Positions 1 to 8,985 of a DNA stretch of 64,000 nt are shown in pieces. How positions within the stretch are numbered: the stretch's first letter is position 1; every line of letters starts with the position of its first letter. The stretch is from positions 1,760,001-1,824,000 of the forward strand of contig CBDCDZ010000004.1 of assembly GCA_965215565.1 (NCBI GenBank), written 5' to 3'. The notes under the pieces were generated by a model that was given only the letters and a program-made list of their open reading frames with translations, was not told where the DNA came from and made no database searches. The translations under genes and the position numbers were made by a program. This DNA is from Trueperaceae bacterium (GTDB lineage: Bacteria > Deinococcota > Deinococci > Deinococcales > Trueperaceae).

Positions 1-273
1 GCGCTCGCTGACCCCACGCGCCGCCATATCTTGAAGGAGCTTCGCAAGGGCGAGCGGAGCGCGGGTGAACTCGCGGCGCTCTTTCCGCTGAGCAAGAGCA
101 CCCTTTCGGGTCACTTCGCCGTGCTCAAAGCCGCCGACTTAGTCGAGACGGAGCGGCGCGGCACAACGATTCTCTATAGGCTCAACGCGACTGTGTTTCA
201 AGAGGTGTTGGAGGGGCTACTAGACCTCTTAGGCGTCGGCAAGGAGGAAGCGGATGACTTGGCCCAAACATAA
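1..273 (+). CDS. ArsR/SdpR-family transcriptional repressor (5' end outside window)
   Basis: Frame is open from base 1: ALADPTRRHIL...SAGELAALFPLSKSTLSGHFAVLKAADLV...RRGTTILYRLN, an ArsR winged HTH; overlaps the SdpI-like gene. Confidence 0.9.
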   Translation, partial: ALADPTRRHILKELRKGERSAGELAALFPLSKSTLSGHFAVLKAADLVETERRGTTILYRLNATVFQEVLEGLLDLLGVGKEEADDLAQT

Positions 274-904
274 CTGGCTCGTCGCTATGAGCTTTATAGC
301 GATGCTCACAGCATCGATTGTCGGCTGGCTCAATTTGGAGGGACCGCTCCCTGTCCATTGGGGGCTTGACGGTGAGCCTACTAGATACGGAACGAAGCTC
401 GAGGCGCTGGGGATACTCCCCTTTCTCGCGCTGGTGAGTTATGTGACGAAAGTCTTCTCATCAGCAGACGAGAAGTCTTCGAGAAATGCTCGAGTTCTTC
501 CCGCTATCGCTCAGGTTTTAGTTCTCGGTTTGACGATCATCCATGTCGGCACTGTGATGAACTATTTAGGCGTAGCCGTGTCCCTTTCTAATGTCGGTGC
601 GCTCGGCTTGGGTATCATTTTAGTAGGCGTCGGCAACCTTATGCCTAAACTCGCGCCGAACCATCTTGTAGGGGTGCGGTTGCCCTGGCTTTATAAGAGT
701 GAAAAGGCGTGGTACAAGACGCAGCGGGCGGGCGGTTGGGTTTTCGCAACAAGCGGCGTTGCTTTTATTCTAATTGGGCTTTTCGCAGAGGGCGAGGCTG
801 CTTTAATGTGGGGCACTGTAGGTCTACTCCTTGGTGCGGCGGGCGTCGTTGCATATAGTTATTGGGTTTGGCGTAACGACGACGCGCGGACCTCACTTGA
901 ATAG
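254..904 (+). CDS. SdpI-family membrane immunity protein (DUF1648 + SdpI)
   Basis: PLPVHWGLDGEPTRYG and GNLMPKLAPNHLVGVRLPW...W..TQR.GG motifs; about 6 TM segments; follows an SdpR-like gene. Confidence 0.85.
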   Translation: MTWPKHNWLVAMSFIAMLTASIVGWLNLEGPLPVHWGLDGEPTRYGTKLEALGILPFLALVSYVTKVFSSADEKSSRNARVLPAIAQVLVLGLTIIHVGTVMNYLGVAVSLSNVGALGLGIILVGVGNLMPKLAPNHLVGVRLPWLYKSEKAWYKTQRAGGWVFATSGVAFILIGLFAEGEAALMWGTVGLLLGAAGVVAYSYWVWRNDDARTSLE

Positions 905-963
905 AGCCTCATCTAGAAAGCCAGGACCTGCGCTGTTAGGCTGCTCGAGCCTAAAATTATGTT

Positions 964-993
964 ATCCTTACTTTACAGAAGTGAGGTAAGGAT
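964..993. promoter_or_regulatory. Inverted-repeat operator of the vapBC pair
   Basis: ATCCTTAC (964-971) ... GTAAGGAT (986-993), overlapping the antitoxin ATG. Confidence 0.55.
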
Positions 994-1225
994 GAAGAAC
1001 ACTGCCACCATAACGAGCAAAGGACAGATAACGATTCCTCAAGAGGTGCGCCAACGCCTCGGGCTCAAACAGGGCGATAAAGTTACCTTTGAGGTTGAGA
1101 ACGGTCTCACGGTGCTCAAACCTTACAGGGGCGAAGCAAATCCCTTTGCGGCCTATGCAGGTGCATTAGGCAGCCTTGAAACTGAAGAAGAGGTGGGCGC
1201 TTGGCTGAGCGACTTACGCGAGTAG
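992..1225 (+). CDS. AbrB/MazE/SpoVT-family antitoxin (VapB-like)
   Basis: ATITSKGQITIPQEVRQRLGLKQGDKVTF swapped-hairpin signature; upstream of a PIN toxin. Confidence 0.9.
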   Translation: MKNTATITSKGQITIPQEVRQRLGLKQGDKVTFEVENGLTVLKPYRGEANPFAAYAGALGSLETEEEVGAWLSDLRE

Positions 1226-1239
1226 GTGTCTAAGAACAG

Positions 1240-1665
1240 GTGCTTACAGCTATCGACACGAACATCATCAGCGCCCTCTGGTCACAAGAACCCGCCTCGG
1301 CAGGCGTCGCAGCGTCCCTCTTCGCTGCGCAGCAGCGAGGCGGACTCGTCATCTGCGCGGCTGTATACTGCGAACTCTTGGCATATCCGGGAGCGAGCAC
1401 GCCCTTCGTCCAGAAATTTTTAGACGACGCAGATATCCAAGTGCATTACGTTTTGAATGAGGCAGTATGGCGAGACGTAGGCGAGGCGTTTGCGGCGTAC
1501 GCGCAGCGCCGCAGAAGAGGTAAAGCCGGGCAGCCTAAACGTCTACTTGCAGATTTCATCGTTGGTGCTCACGCGCTTCACGCGGCAGACCGCTTACTTA
1601 CGTTGGACGTCAACCGCTATATCGCAAGCTTTCCAACCCTCGAGGTCATAGGACGAGAAACGTAA
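1240..1665 (+). CDS. PIN-domain toxin (VapC family)
   Basis: AIDTNII...VYCELL...LLADFIVGAHA...LLTLD acidic PIN motifs. Confidence 0.9.
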   Translation: MLTAIDTNIISALWSQEPASAGVAASLFAAQQRGGLVICAAVYCELLAYPGASTPFVQKFLDDADIQVHYVLNEAVWRDVGEAFAAYAQRRRRGKAGQPKRLLADFIVGAHALHAADRLLTLDVNRYIASFPTLEVIGRET

Positions 1666-1734
1666 ACCAAACGTAATCGCGGATGAAAAACTTCACGCCC
1701 CAACCTAGCACTGCAAGTGTTAGCATAAAAAACT

Positions 1735-2043
1735 GTGACGCTCCGCCTATTTTTCTTGACCATTTTAGTTCTCGCCTTGCCGCTCCCCGTACAACCTTGG
1801 AGCCTACCCAGCGGCGACGAGTCCTCGGGCATGAGCGCCCCCGTACCGATGGTGGCGGAACCTGCGCAGCGTCTCACGCTGCCAAGAGTCGGTAAAAGTA
1901 GCTTTCAGCTCTTACCCCCGCTTATCTCGAGCGTCACCGCCACAGTTTTCGCGGCTTATTTTATCTCTTCGACGTTCTGGGCGAGTACCGCGCAAAGGCG
2001 CACCTTTTTAGTGTTTGGGAAGCTGAGGCTCGAGGGGGGATAA
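1735..2043 (+). CDS. Signal-peptide-bearing uORF upstream of secDF; candidate translation-arrest leader
   Basis: Hydrophobic N-terminus (RLFFLTILVLALPLP), Pro/Ser-rich linker, C-terminus FGKLRLEGG-stop 83 nt before secDF; 3' codons complementary to the spacer. Confidence 0.65.
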   Translation: MTLRLFFLTILVLALPLPVQPWSLPSGDESSGMSAPVPMVAEPAQRLTLPRVGKSSFQLLPPLISSVTATVFAAYFISSTFWASTAQRRTFLVFGKLRLEGG

Positions 2044-2126
2044 AAGCTAAGACCTAACGGCTAATAGCCTATTCACCCAACCTCGAAACTCAAACCCTTT
2101 TAACCAAACAATTCAGGAGTAAGTAC

Positions 2127-4346
2127 ATGAATCAACGCTCATTCACGGGCATCCTCGTCCTTGGCGTGCTCTTAGCCGCCATTTTATACATGTGGCAGCC
2201 GTGGGCAGAGGACGCCTCGCTCAAGCTCGGCTTAGACTTGCAGGGCGGACTCCGCGTCGTGTTACAGTCCGACGACCCCAACCCCGTCCCCGAAGATTTG
2301 CAAGCCGCGCGGCGCGTGATTGAAAACCGCGTCAATGAATTCGGCGTGGCGGAGCCCGTCATCCAGACCTCAGGTGACAACCGCATCGTCGTGGAGCTTC
2401 CCGGCTTGACCGCCGAGGAGCAGAGCCGTGCGCAAGACCTCATCGGGCAGCAAGCGATTTTGGAGTTCCGCCTCGTCAGACCGGGCGCGAGCGAGCCTTT
2501 GACGCCCGATAAACTGCAACCGCCCGCCTTCACGGGTGAGGTGCTGCGCGGCGCGCAAGTCGCGTATGACCAGTTCGGACAGCCCATCGTGACCTTCCAA
2601 ATTCGCGGAGCTGACGCGCCTGCGTTCGGGCAATTTACGGGCAGCAACTTGGGTCAGCGCATGGCGGTTGTCTTGGACGGCAACGTCATCACCGCGCCGA
2701 ATATCAACGGGCGCATCGCAGAGAGTGGGCAGATCGAGGGGCAGTTCACGCTCGAGGAAGCCTCCGACTTAGCTCTCGTTCTCCGCTCAGGTAGCCTCCC
2801 CATCTCGCTCAACATCGAAGAGATTCGCGCCATCGGTCCAACACTGGGTCAAGACTCGGTTGCGGCGGGCACGACCGCCGCCATCATCGGCGGCATCGCG
2901 GTTGTCGCCGCTGTGATTCTCTACTACGGTCCGCTGTTCGGGGGCGTCTTGACCGTCGGTCTCATCTACGTGTTGCTGCTCATCTTCGGCATCTTGTCCG
3001 GTCTCGGCGCGGCGCTCACGCTGCCCGGTTTGGCGGGTCTCGTCCTGACCATCGGCGCGGCGGTAGACGGCAACGTCATCTCGTTCGAGCGCATCAAAGA
3101 GGAGCTGCGCGAAGGCAAGAGCTTGCGCCTCGCCATGCGGGGCGGCTTCGGCAACTCGCTCTCGGCGATCATCGACGCGAACGTCACGACGCTCTTGGCG
3201 GCGGCGGCGCTGTACCAGTATACCTCGGGTCCGGTGCGCGGCTTCGCCATCACGCTGGCGATCGGTATCGTCGCGGCGGTGTTTGTCAACACCGTCGTCG
3301 TGCCTTTTCTGCTCGACGTACTCACGGTGCGCTTCAAGAAGCCGTTTATGCCGAAAGGGTTCTACTTCGATAACCTCAAATTCGTTGGGCGTGCGCCTGT
3401 GGTGATGAGCATCTCGGGCGGGCTCGCGCTCTTAGCGCTCCTCATCGTGATTGTAAGCCCCTTAAATCTCTCGACGGACTTTACGGGCGGCACGAGTGCG
3501 CTCTACAGCGTCTCTGAAGAGACGACGATTGACGAGGTGCGCACCGCCATCAGCGAACTCGGCTTACCCGGCGTGGACGGCGGCTCGGCAACGGTGCAAG
3601 AGGTGCAAGACACGACAATCAGCACGGACGCCGCAGCAGCAGCGGGTACGGACAATGCTGAAGGAGAAGCGGCGGGCGCGAACAAGCTCCTCTCGGTGCG
3701 CATCGGTATCGGCGAGGACAGCGGCGCGAGAGGGGAGTTTCCTAACCTCTTAGCGGATCGGCTGAACGCGGAACTCTTACAAGCGGACTTCGTCGGACCC
3801 TCGGTAGGTGAAGACCTGCGCAACGGCGCGGTCTTGGCGGTGCTCGTCTCTTTAGGGCTGATTCTGCTCTACGTTGGGCTGCGCTTTTGGCCCAACTGGA
3901 TCGTCGCAGTCGCCGCGATTCTGGCGTCCATTCATGACGTCGGCATCGTGATGGGCTTTTTAGACCTCATCGGCGCGGAGTTCGGCGTGCCTGTTTTGGC
4001 GGCGCTCCTATTCGTCGTCGGTTACTCCTTGAACGACTCGATCATCATCGCGGACAGGATTCGCGAGAATTTGCGCAAGGTGCGCGGGCGTTCGTACAAT
4101 GACATCGTGGACCTCTCGGTGAGCCAGACGTTGTCGCGCACGGTGGTCACGTCCGGTACGACGCTCCTGCCCGTGTTGGCGCTCCTCTTCTTCGGCGGCA
4201 GCGTGCTGCGCGACTTTAGCATCACCCTCTTAGTGGGTATCGGCTTCGGGACGTACTCGAGCATCTTCATCCTCGCCCCGATGGTGGCGTGGTTCAAAAA
4301 GCGCCAGCGTAAACCTAAGGTGAACAGAAAGCCGAGCGCGGCGTAA
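2127..4346 (+). CDS. secDF: Fused protein translocase subunit SecDF
   Basis: LKLGLDLQGG, RIVVELPG, IGPTLG, GAAVDGNVISFERIKEE (SecD) plus DFTGG, VGPSVG, GYSLNDSIIIADRIRE (SecF); AGGAG RBS at 2115. Confidence 0.98.
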   Translation: MNQRSFTGILVLGVLLAAILYMWQPWAEDASLKLGLDLQGGLRVVLQSDDPNPVPEDLQAARRVIENRVNEFGVAEPVIQTSGDNRIVVELPGLTAEEQSRAQDLIGQQAILEFRLVRPGASEPLTPDKLQPPAFTGEVLRGAQVAYDQFGQPIVTFQIRGADAPAFGQFTGSNLGQRMAVVLDGNVITAPNINGRIAESGQIEGQFTLEEASDLALVLRSGSLPISLNIEEIRAIGPTLGQDSVAAGTTAAIIGGIAVVAAVILYYGPLFGGVLTVGLIYVLLLIFGILSGLGAALTLPGLAGLVLTIGAAVDGNVISFERIKEELREGKSLRLAMRGGFGNSLSAIIDANVTTLLAAAALYQYTSGPVRGFAITLAIGIVAAVFVNTVVVPFLLDVLTVRFKKPFMPKGFYFDNLKFVGRAPVVMSISGGLALLALLIVIVSPLNLSTDFTGGTSALYSVSEETTIDEVRTAISELGLPGVDGGSATVQEVQDTTISTDAAAAAGTDNAEGEAAGANKLLSVRIGIGEDSGARGEFPNLLADRLNAELLQADFVGPSVGEDLRNGAVLAVLVSLGLILLYVGLRFWPNWIVAVAAILASIHDVGIVMGFLDLIGAEFGVPVLAALLFVVGYSLNDSIIIADRIRENLRKVRGRSYNDIVDLSVSQTLSRTVVTSGTTLLPVLALLFFGGSVLRDFSITLLVGIGFGTYSSIFILAPMVAWFKKRQRKPKVNRKPSAA

Positions 4347-4348
4347 GC

Positions 4349-4432
4349 GAAGGGGGATTCATGAATCCCTCTACGGAACAGCGCTGTTTACAAACATAGA
4401 GGATGCAGGGGCGGGTTCGGAACCCGCCCCTG
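4349..4432. repeat. Pair of GTAG-type REP-like palindromes
   Basis: GAAGGGGGATTCATGAATCCCTCTAC and GCAGGGGCGGGTTCGGAACCCGCCCCTG between convergent genes; related copies at 8324, 24900, 41141, 41210. Confidence 0.75.
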
Positions 4433-4447
4433 TTTTATTCGATAGCC

Positions 4448-4831
4448 TCATTCAATTGTGGTGGCGAACTGCCGCACGATGCGCCCCTGAAAGGAGAGCA
4501 CCGCTCGCCACGTGCCGGGGCGAAGCGTCACGCGCTCGGGCGAGAAGAGCGTACCCGTACCCCTCTCGTATTCCGGCTCTATCCACACCGAGTCCGAGGC
4601 AACTTGATCGTTGTTCGGGGCGAACCACTGTACCGCCAACCAGTCCGCTCCAGGTACCTCGCCCACTACGAAATCCAATTTGAGCCTCTCCCCTTCCCTC
4701 GTCAGCCCTGTCGGGCTGCTGAGGTCAAAGACTTTCTCTCTAGTGCGCGCCTCGGGAACAGGCGGGATGTAGGTATAGGTACAAGCGCTGAGGAGCAGAA
4801 GTGCGAGTATCGGCAGGGTAAGTCGTTTCAT
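4448..4831 (-). CDS. Hypothetical lipoprotein
   Basis: MKRLTLPILALLLLSAC lipobox followed by a beta-rich domain. Confidence 0.8.
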   Translation of the reverse strand: MKRLTLPILALLLLSACTYTYIPPVPEARTREKVFDLSSPTGLTREGERLKLDFVVGEVPGADWLAVQWFAPNNDQVASDSVWIEPEYERGTGTLFSPERVTLRPGTWRAVLSFQGRIVRQFATTIE

Positions 4832-4931
4832 GTCGCCTCAATCATACGGGCTGAGTCTAAAGAGCGTGTGTGGCGTCTATGAAAGAGGTTGTTCTGTGAG
4901 GTTTTCAGCGAGGATGAAGAGGTTGTCCCCT

Positions 4932-5059
4932 TTCCGGTTAAGTGCGCTACTTTGTAGCGCATTTAATCCCGAGCAGAGCGAGTAGAAATAGCGACGGGTT
5001 CCGGTGAGTACGGAATCAACTCCACAGGAGTTTATGCAGTAATCAACCGGAATCCGTAT
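4932..5059. repeat. Deinococcus-type small non-coding repeat / MITE-like element
   Basis: TTCCGGTT...AACCGGAATCCGTAT ends, internal hairpin TGCGCTACTTTGTAGCGCA and GAGC..GCGAGTAG core; resembles (from memory) the ATACGGATTCCG-ended repeats of Deinococcus. Confidence 0.6.
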
Positions 5060-5775
5060 TATAGCGCCTCCGGGAGCAAGAGCGCAGCCGTGAGCGCAAT
5101 GGGCGCAGTTTCGGCGCGGAGAATGCGCGCGCCCAAGGTGACACCCTTAGCACCCTTTTCGATCAGAAATTCAACCTCGTGCTCGCTCAATCCCCCTTCG
5201 GGTCCGGTGATGAGCGTGACCTCTTCTGCATCCGAGCCTGCGTCTGACTTCAGGACCTCTTGCAGGGTTGCGGAGGCGAAAGGATGCGCGATGAGTGTGA
5301 GAGGTCCCAAGTCCAACTTGGACAACTTGCAAAGCGCCTCCACCTCCGGCACGACGCTCCGCCCCGACTGCTTGGCGGCCTCTTTCGCGACGCGGCGGTA
5401 GCGCGTCAGCTTGTTATCAGAAAGGACTTTGACGTCGCAGCGGGCAGTCAAAACGGGGATGAAGCGCACCGCGCCGAGTTCGGTGCCGCGCCGCACGACT
5501 TCGGAGAATTTGTCGCCTTTAAGGAGGGGTACGGCGAGGGTGAGCTTGAGGGCGGCTTCTACGTCGCTCGGTTTGGGTAATTCTAAGCGGAGTGTGACGC
5601 TCAGTTCGTCCACCTCTTGCACTTCGCCCGCAGCTTCTAACCCTAAACCGTCGAACGCTTTCACCTTCGCCCCTGGTTTAACCCGCAAAACTTGCGCGAG
5701 ATGATGCGCCTCCGCGCCCGAGAGCGTCCGCTCACCCGCCTCTAAATCCTTCAGAAAGACACGATAAATTCTCAT
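5059..5775 (-). CDS. rsmE: 16S rRNA m3U1498 methyltransferase
   Basis: HHLAQVLRVKPG, TELGA, EAAKQSGR, GPEGGLS, LGARILRAETA. Confidence 0.97.
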   Translation of the reverse strand: MRIYRVFLKDLEAGERTLSGAEAHHLAQVLRVKPGAKVKAFDGLGLEAAGEVQEVDELSVTLRLELPKPSDVEAALKLTLAVPLLKGDKFSEVVRRGTELGAVRFIPVLTARCDVKVLSDNKLTRYRRVAKEAAKQSGRSVVPEVEALCKLSKLDLGPLTLIAHPFASATLQEVLKSDAGSDAEEVTLITGPEGGLSEHEVEFLIEKGAKGVTLGARILRAETAPIALTAALLLPEAL

Positions 5776-5785
5776 TTGTGGACCC

Positions 5786-6568
5786 TCACGAGTCGCGCTC
5801 CCTCTGAGCCAAGATAAGCGCCCACTCCTCTTTATGTTCGACTGAATGAACCGTGAGGTGAGCCTCGAGCGCCCCTTTCGCCATTTCTAAGCGCTCATCC
5901 AGAATCCCCGTCGCCAAGAGCCAGCCGCCCGGACGCAAGGCGCGGCAGTACGCGCTAGCAAAGTCTACGTGCAGTTCGGCAAAGAGGTTCGCGGTGACAA
6001 TATCAAAGCCTTCAGATACGGTGTCGTCGAACGTACCGAGCCTAAAGGTCGCCTTCGAATGATTGAGGGCGCGGTTTTCTTCTGCCACGGGTAAGGTCAA
6101 GGGGTCAATGTCAATTCCGACGGCTTCGGCTGCGCCTAAGAGGTCAGCGGCAATCGTTAAAATGCCCGAGCCTGCGCCTACATCCAGAACTCGTTTATTT
6201 TTTAGTCGAAAGGTCTCGAGCGCAGCCAACGCAAGGTGCGTCGTCGCGTGGTGCCCCGTGCCGAACGCCATGCCGGGGTCGAGCCAGAGGACGCGGCGCG
6301 TTTCATCCGTTGGGATTTCACAGTGCGTCGGCGCGACGATGAGGTGCCCTAAATAAACAGGTTCAAGCTCTGCGTAATACGCCGCTAAGTAATCCGTCTC
6401 TTCAACCTCTTGCCAGGTGCCTTGTAGGGGCAGGGCGACCGCTTCAGCGAAGTACGCCACCACCTCATCACCCTCTTGAGCGATCCCGAGACAGCCCGCC
6501 TCCCACAAGAGAGAGGTCTCCACTTCTAAATTCTCCAACTCGCCCTGCATGTGGAATGAAACGCTCAT
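5786..6568 (-). CDS. prmA: 50S ribosomal protein L11 methyltransferase
   Basis: LDPGMAFGTGHHATT, VLDVGAGSGIL; start overlaps the upstream stop (ATGA). Confidence 0.95.
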   Translation of the reverse strand: MSVSFHMQGELENLEVETSLLWEAGCLGIAQEGDEVVAYFAEAVALPLQGTWQEVEETDYLAAYYAELEPVYLGHLIVAPTHCEIPTDETRRVLWLDPGMAFGTGHHATTHLALAALETFRLKNKRVLDVGAGSGILTIAADLLGAAEAVGIDIDPLTLPVAEENRALNHSKATFRLGTFDDTVSEGFDIVTANLFAELHVDFASAYCRALRPGGWLLATGILDERLEMAKGALEAHLTVHSVEHKEEWALILAQRERDS

Positions 6569-8250
6569 GCGAGTTCCTTGGGGTTGGCGACGCGCGCATC
6601 GCGGGTCACGATCTCGAAGCCGAGCCGCGCTCCCTCGTGCAGATAGAACTCGATATCGGCGCTCTTCGTCGCGCCACCTAACGACTTGCGGTGAAACGCC
6701 CGCGTCGCGCTCATGATCATCGTCTCTGCCATGCACGCGGGCACCATACCATCGCCAAAGTGCAAGTCGAGGTGGCTGCGCATCGCACCGGGCGGGCGCA
6801 CCACGCCGCCGGGGATGAGGTGGACGCCGGGAACCTCACGGACGCTCTCGTCCACGTCGGCAGGACGCCCGAGGTCGAAAATCCAAGCGCCGGGTTTGAC
6901 GTGGTGAGCGAACAGGACGGGCGCAGGATCAGAGGTCGCGGTGAAGATGAGGTCAGCCGTTTCGCACGCGGCAACGTCGGTGCTTATCTCAATCTGTGTA
7001 CCGGAGTATTTGCGGCGCAACGTTTTAGCACTGCGTTCTAAACGCGCTTCGTCTCGCCCGATGAGGATGAGACGCGCCACCTCTGGGGCGATGGTGCGGG
7101 CAACGCCAAAGGCGACGACGCCGTTTGCACCGATGATAGCGGCGCTCGAGCGCCCAAGCGCCCCCCCTTCCGCCTTGAAGCGCTTCAAGAGTCCCGGCAC
7201 CGCCGCCTTGACCGTCGCCGCCGTATACGCGCCGCCATTCGTGATGTGAATCTCCGGCACTGCCTCTTGCACTTTGAGCCCCTTCTCCCCTACCGTAGAC
7301 CAAAACGCGCCCAGCCCAAACGCCTCCGCGCCGAGTTCGTGCGCAAGCCGCGCCCCCTGAACCGCCAAGCGCGTCGCCTCTTCGGGATAGCGACGAATCT
7401 GCTCCGGGAACAAGGGACCGCTGAGGATCATCACGCGCAACTCGCGCCCGTCCGCCAATCGAATACCGCGCATCTCGTCCTGTTTTTGCGGACGCAAGAA
7501 GCGCAAAGCGCGGCGTATGAGGGAAAGCGGAATAACGCCGCGCTTTACCAGAAGACCGAGCCAACGCAAACTGCCTAGCTGCCAAACGTCGTCCATCGTC
7601 AGCGGGTGAATCATAAAGGCGGCGGTGACGACGTTCGGGTCTACGCCGCGCACGGGAGGCGGTTTGCCGAGCTTAGGCTCCGTCTGGTCCAAAATTCGCG
7701 CGAGCCCGACTTTGTGCCGCCACAGCCCTAAGATGAAGATGAGGCTTCCAACGAGCGTCAGCGGCGCAGGCTGAGAGACCCAAGCCAGGGTGAAAGCGAG
7801 CGTCAGAAGTCCCGCCACCGTCGCGAGCGTGATGTAACGACTCCAAGCGAGGAGAATAGCGTAGACCGCAAGTGGCGCGATTACGGTCCAAAGAGGGACG
7901 CCTGTGTAGACCCACAGCCCCACCAAAATCCCGAGGGTGACGCCGCTCCCTCTACCGCGCGGCACCTCGCCATAAGAAAGCCACGTCAGCGGGTAGAGAT
8001 GCCCCGCATATACTCCGAGCGCCACCCAGGGATTGCCCGCGAAAAGCGCCAGCACCGCGAAGCCTTTAAGCGCGTCTACGGCGAACGACGTGAGCACAGT
8101 GCCTACGCCGACGAAGCGCATCACGTTCTCGATGCCCAAGTTGTGCGCCGTCACCTCGCTCGGCTTGAGCCGCGTCGCCCAAACGACGAGGAAGCTACCC
8201 AAAGGTGACGAGCCGATGAGGTAGCTCGCTAAGAGGATGAGGGCGTCCAC
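6565..8250 (-). CDS. PlsY-like acyltransferase fused to an acyl-ACP-reductase-like Rossmann domain
   Basis: N-terminal YLIGSSPLG, DALKG, GHLYP, RH..LARI (PlsY-like); C-terminal AFMIHPL, GLGAFWS, TNGGAYT, GANGVVA, PACMAE (AAR-like). Confidence 0.85.
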   Translation of the reverse strand: MDALILLASYLIGSSPLGSFLVVWATRLKPSEVTAHNLGIENVMRFVGVGTVLTSFAVDALKGFAVLALFAGNPWVALGVYAGHLYPLTWLSYGEVPRGRGSGVTLGILVGLWVYTGVPLWTVIAPLAVYAILLAWSRYITLATVAGLLTLAFTLAWVSQPAPLTLVGSLIFILGLWRHKVGLARILDQTEPKLGKPPPVRGVDPNVVTAAFMIHPLTMDDVWQLGSLRWLGLLVKRGVIPLSLIRRALRFLRPQKQDEMRGIRLADGRELRVMILSGPLFPEQIRRYPEEATRLAVQGARLAHELGAEAFGLGAFWSTVGEKGLKVQEAVPEIHITNGGAYTAATVKAAVPGLLKRFKAEGGALGRSSAAIIGANGVVAFGVARTIAPEVARLILIGRDEARLERSAKTLRRKYSGTQIEISTDVAACETADLIFTATSDPAPVLFAHHVKPGAWIFDLGRPADVDESVREVPGVHLIPGGVVRPPGAMRSHLDLHFGDGMVPACMAETMIMSATRAFHRKSLGGATKSADIEFYLHEGARLGFEIVTRDARVANPKELA

Positions 8251-8323
8251 GTGTCTATCTTATAGGCTTACAGGTGAGTAAAGATGACGGGGGGAACTAC
8301 CTTCAGACGAGGGAGTGCGCGGC

Positions 8324-8351
8324 GTAGGGGTGATTCATGAATCACCCCTAC
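8324..8351. repeat. GTAG REP-like palindrome
   Basis: Perfect palindrome GTAGGGGTGATTCATGAATCACCCCTAC. Confidence 0.8.
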
Positions 8352-8377
8352 AACATTTGCCTTTTTCTGTGATTTTC

Positions 8378-8480
8378 TATAGCATTTCCACGTTTCATTG
8401 CTGTAGCAATGAAACGTGCGAGCGGATGCGAGAAGAAATAGACGCCCTCACTTAGTGCAGCGAAGCGTGGAACTGCTGTA
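8378..8480. repeat. ~103 bp MITE-like element
   Basis: Imperfect terminal inverted repeats TATAGCATTTCCACG / CGTGGAACTGCTGTA, internal hairpin CACGTTTCATTGCTGTAGCAATGAAACGTG, GAGCGGATGCGAG core. Confidence 0.6.
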
Positions 8481-8525
8481 GTATTGCTCTACCGATATGA
8501 ATAGGGATTTAAGGTATATCCAACC

Positions 8526-8870
8526 TCACGTCTCCACCTTTAGGTACACCTGCTCGTTTTCCTCCTTGACCTCATAGGTCTCGAGCCGATACTCCCCCCC
8601 AAAATGCTCGCCCGTGCGGAGCGAAAAGGTATTTTTATGGAGCGGACACGCCACTTTGGGCTCGCCCTGCGCGTCGCCCACCAGACCTCTCGATAAGACC
8701 ATTTGCTCACGGTGCGGACACCTATTTTGCACGGCGTACCACGCGCTGTCGACAAAGAAAATGGCGATTTGTTTATCACCTAATTTGACGCAGCCGCGCC
8801 CGGTAGCGGCGAAATCACTCGTTTTGGCGACGGGTGTCCAGGTGTTGGATTCGACTAAGGTTGATGGCAT
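8526..8870 (-). CDS. nirD: Nitrite reductase small subunit (Rieske-type)
   Basis: AVQNRCPH...VLSRGLVGD...KVACPLHKNTFSL. Confidence 0.95.
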   Translation of the reverse strand: MPSTLVESNTWTPVAKTSDFAATGRGCVKLGDKQIAIFFVDSAWYAVQNRCPHREQMVLSRGLVGDAQGEPKVACPLHKNTFSLRTGEHFGGEYRLETYEVKEENEQVYLKVET

Positions 8871-8985
8871 GGGTTGACCTCTTTTCGTGGAGCAATTGGC
8901 GATTGGGTATTAGCAAAAGCTTGGCTTTTAGCTAACGGCTAACAGCTCATCTCCACTGGGTTTGTGTCACGCGAATAGCATCTTT

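Noticed and set aside
1..904. Complete Sdp cannibalism system
   Set aside because: Only the SdpR/SdpI-like pair is visible; no toxin genes in the window, and such orphan pairs are common.
1683..1895. Alternative 70-aa ORF before secDF
   Set aside because: No RBS or recognisable features; the 1735-2043 frame has a signal peptide and the informative position.
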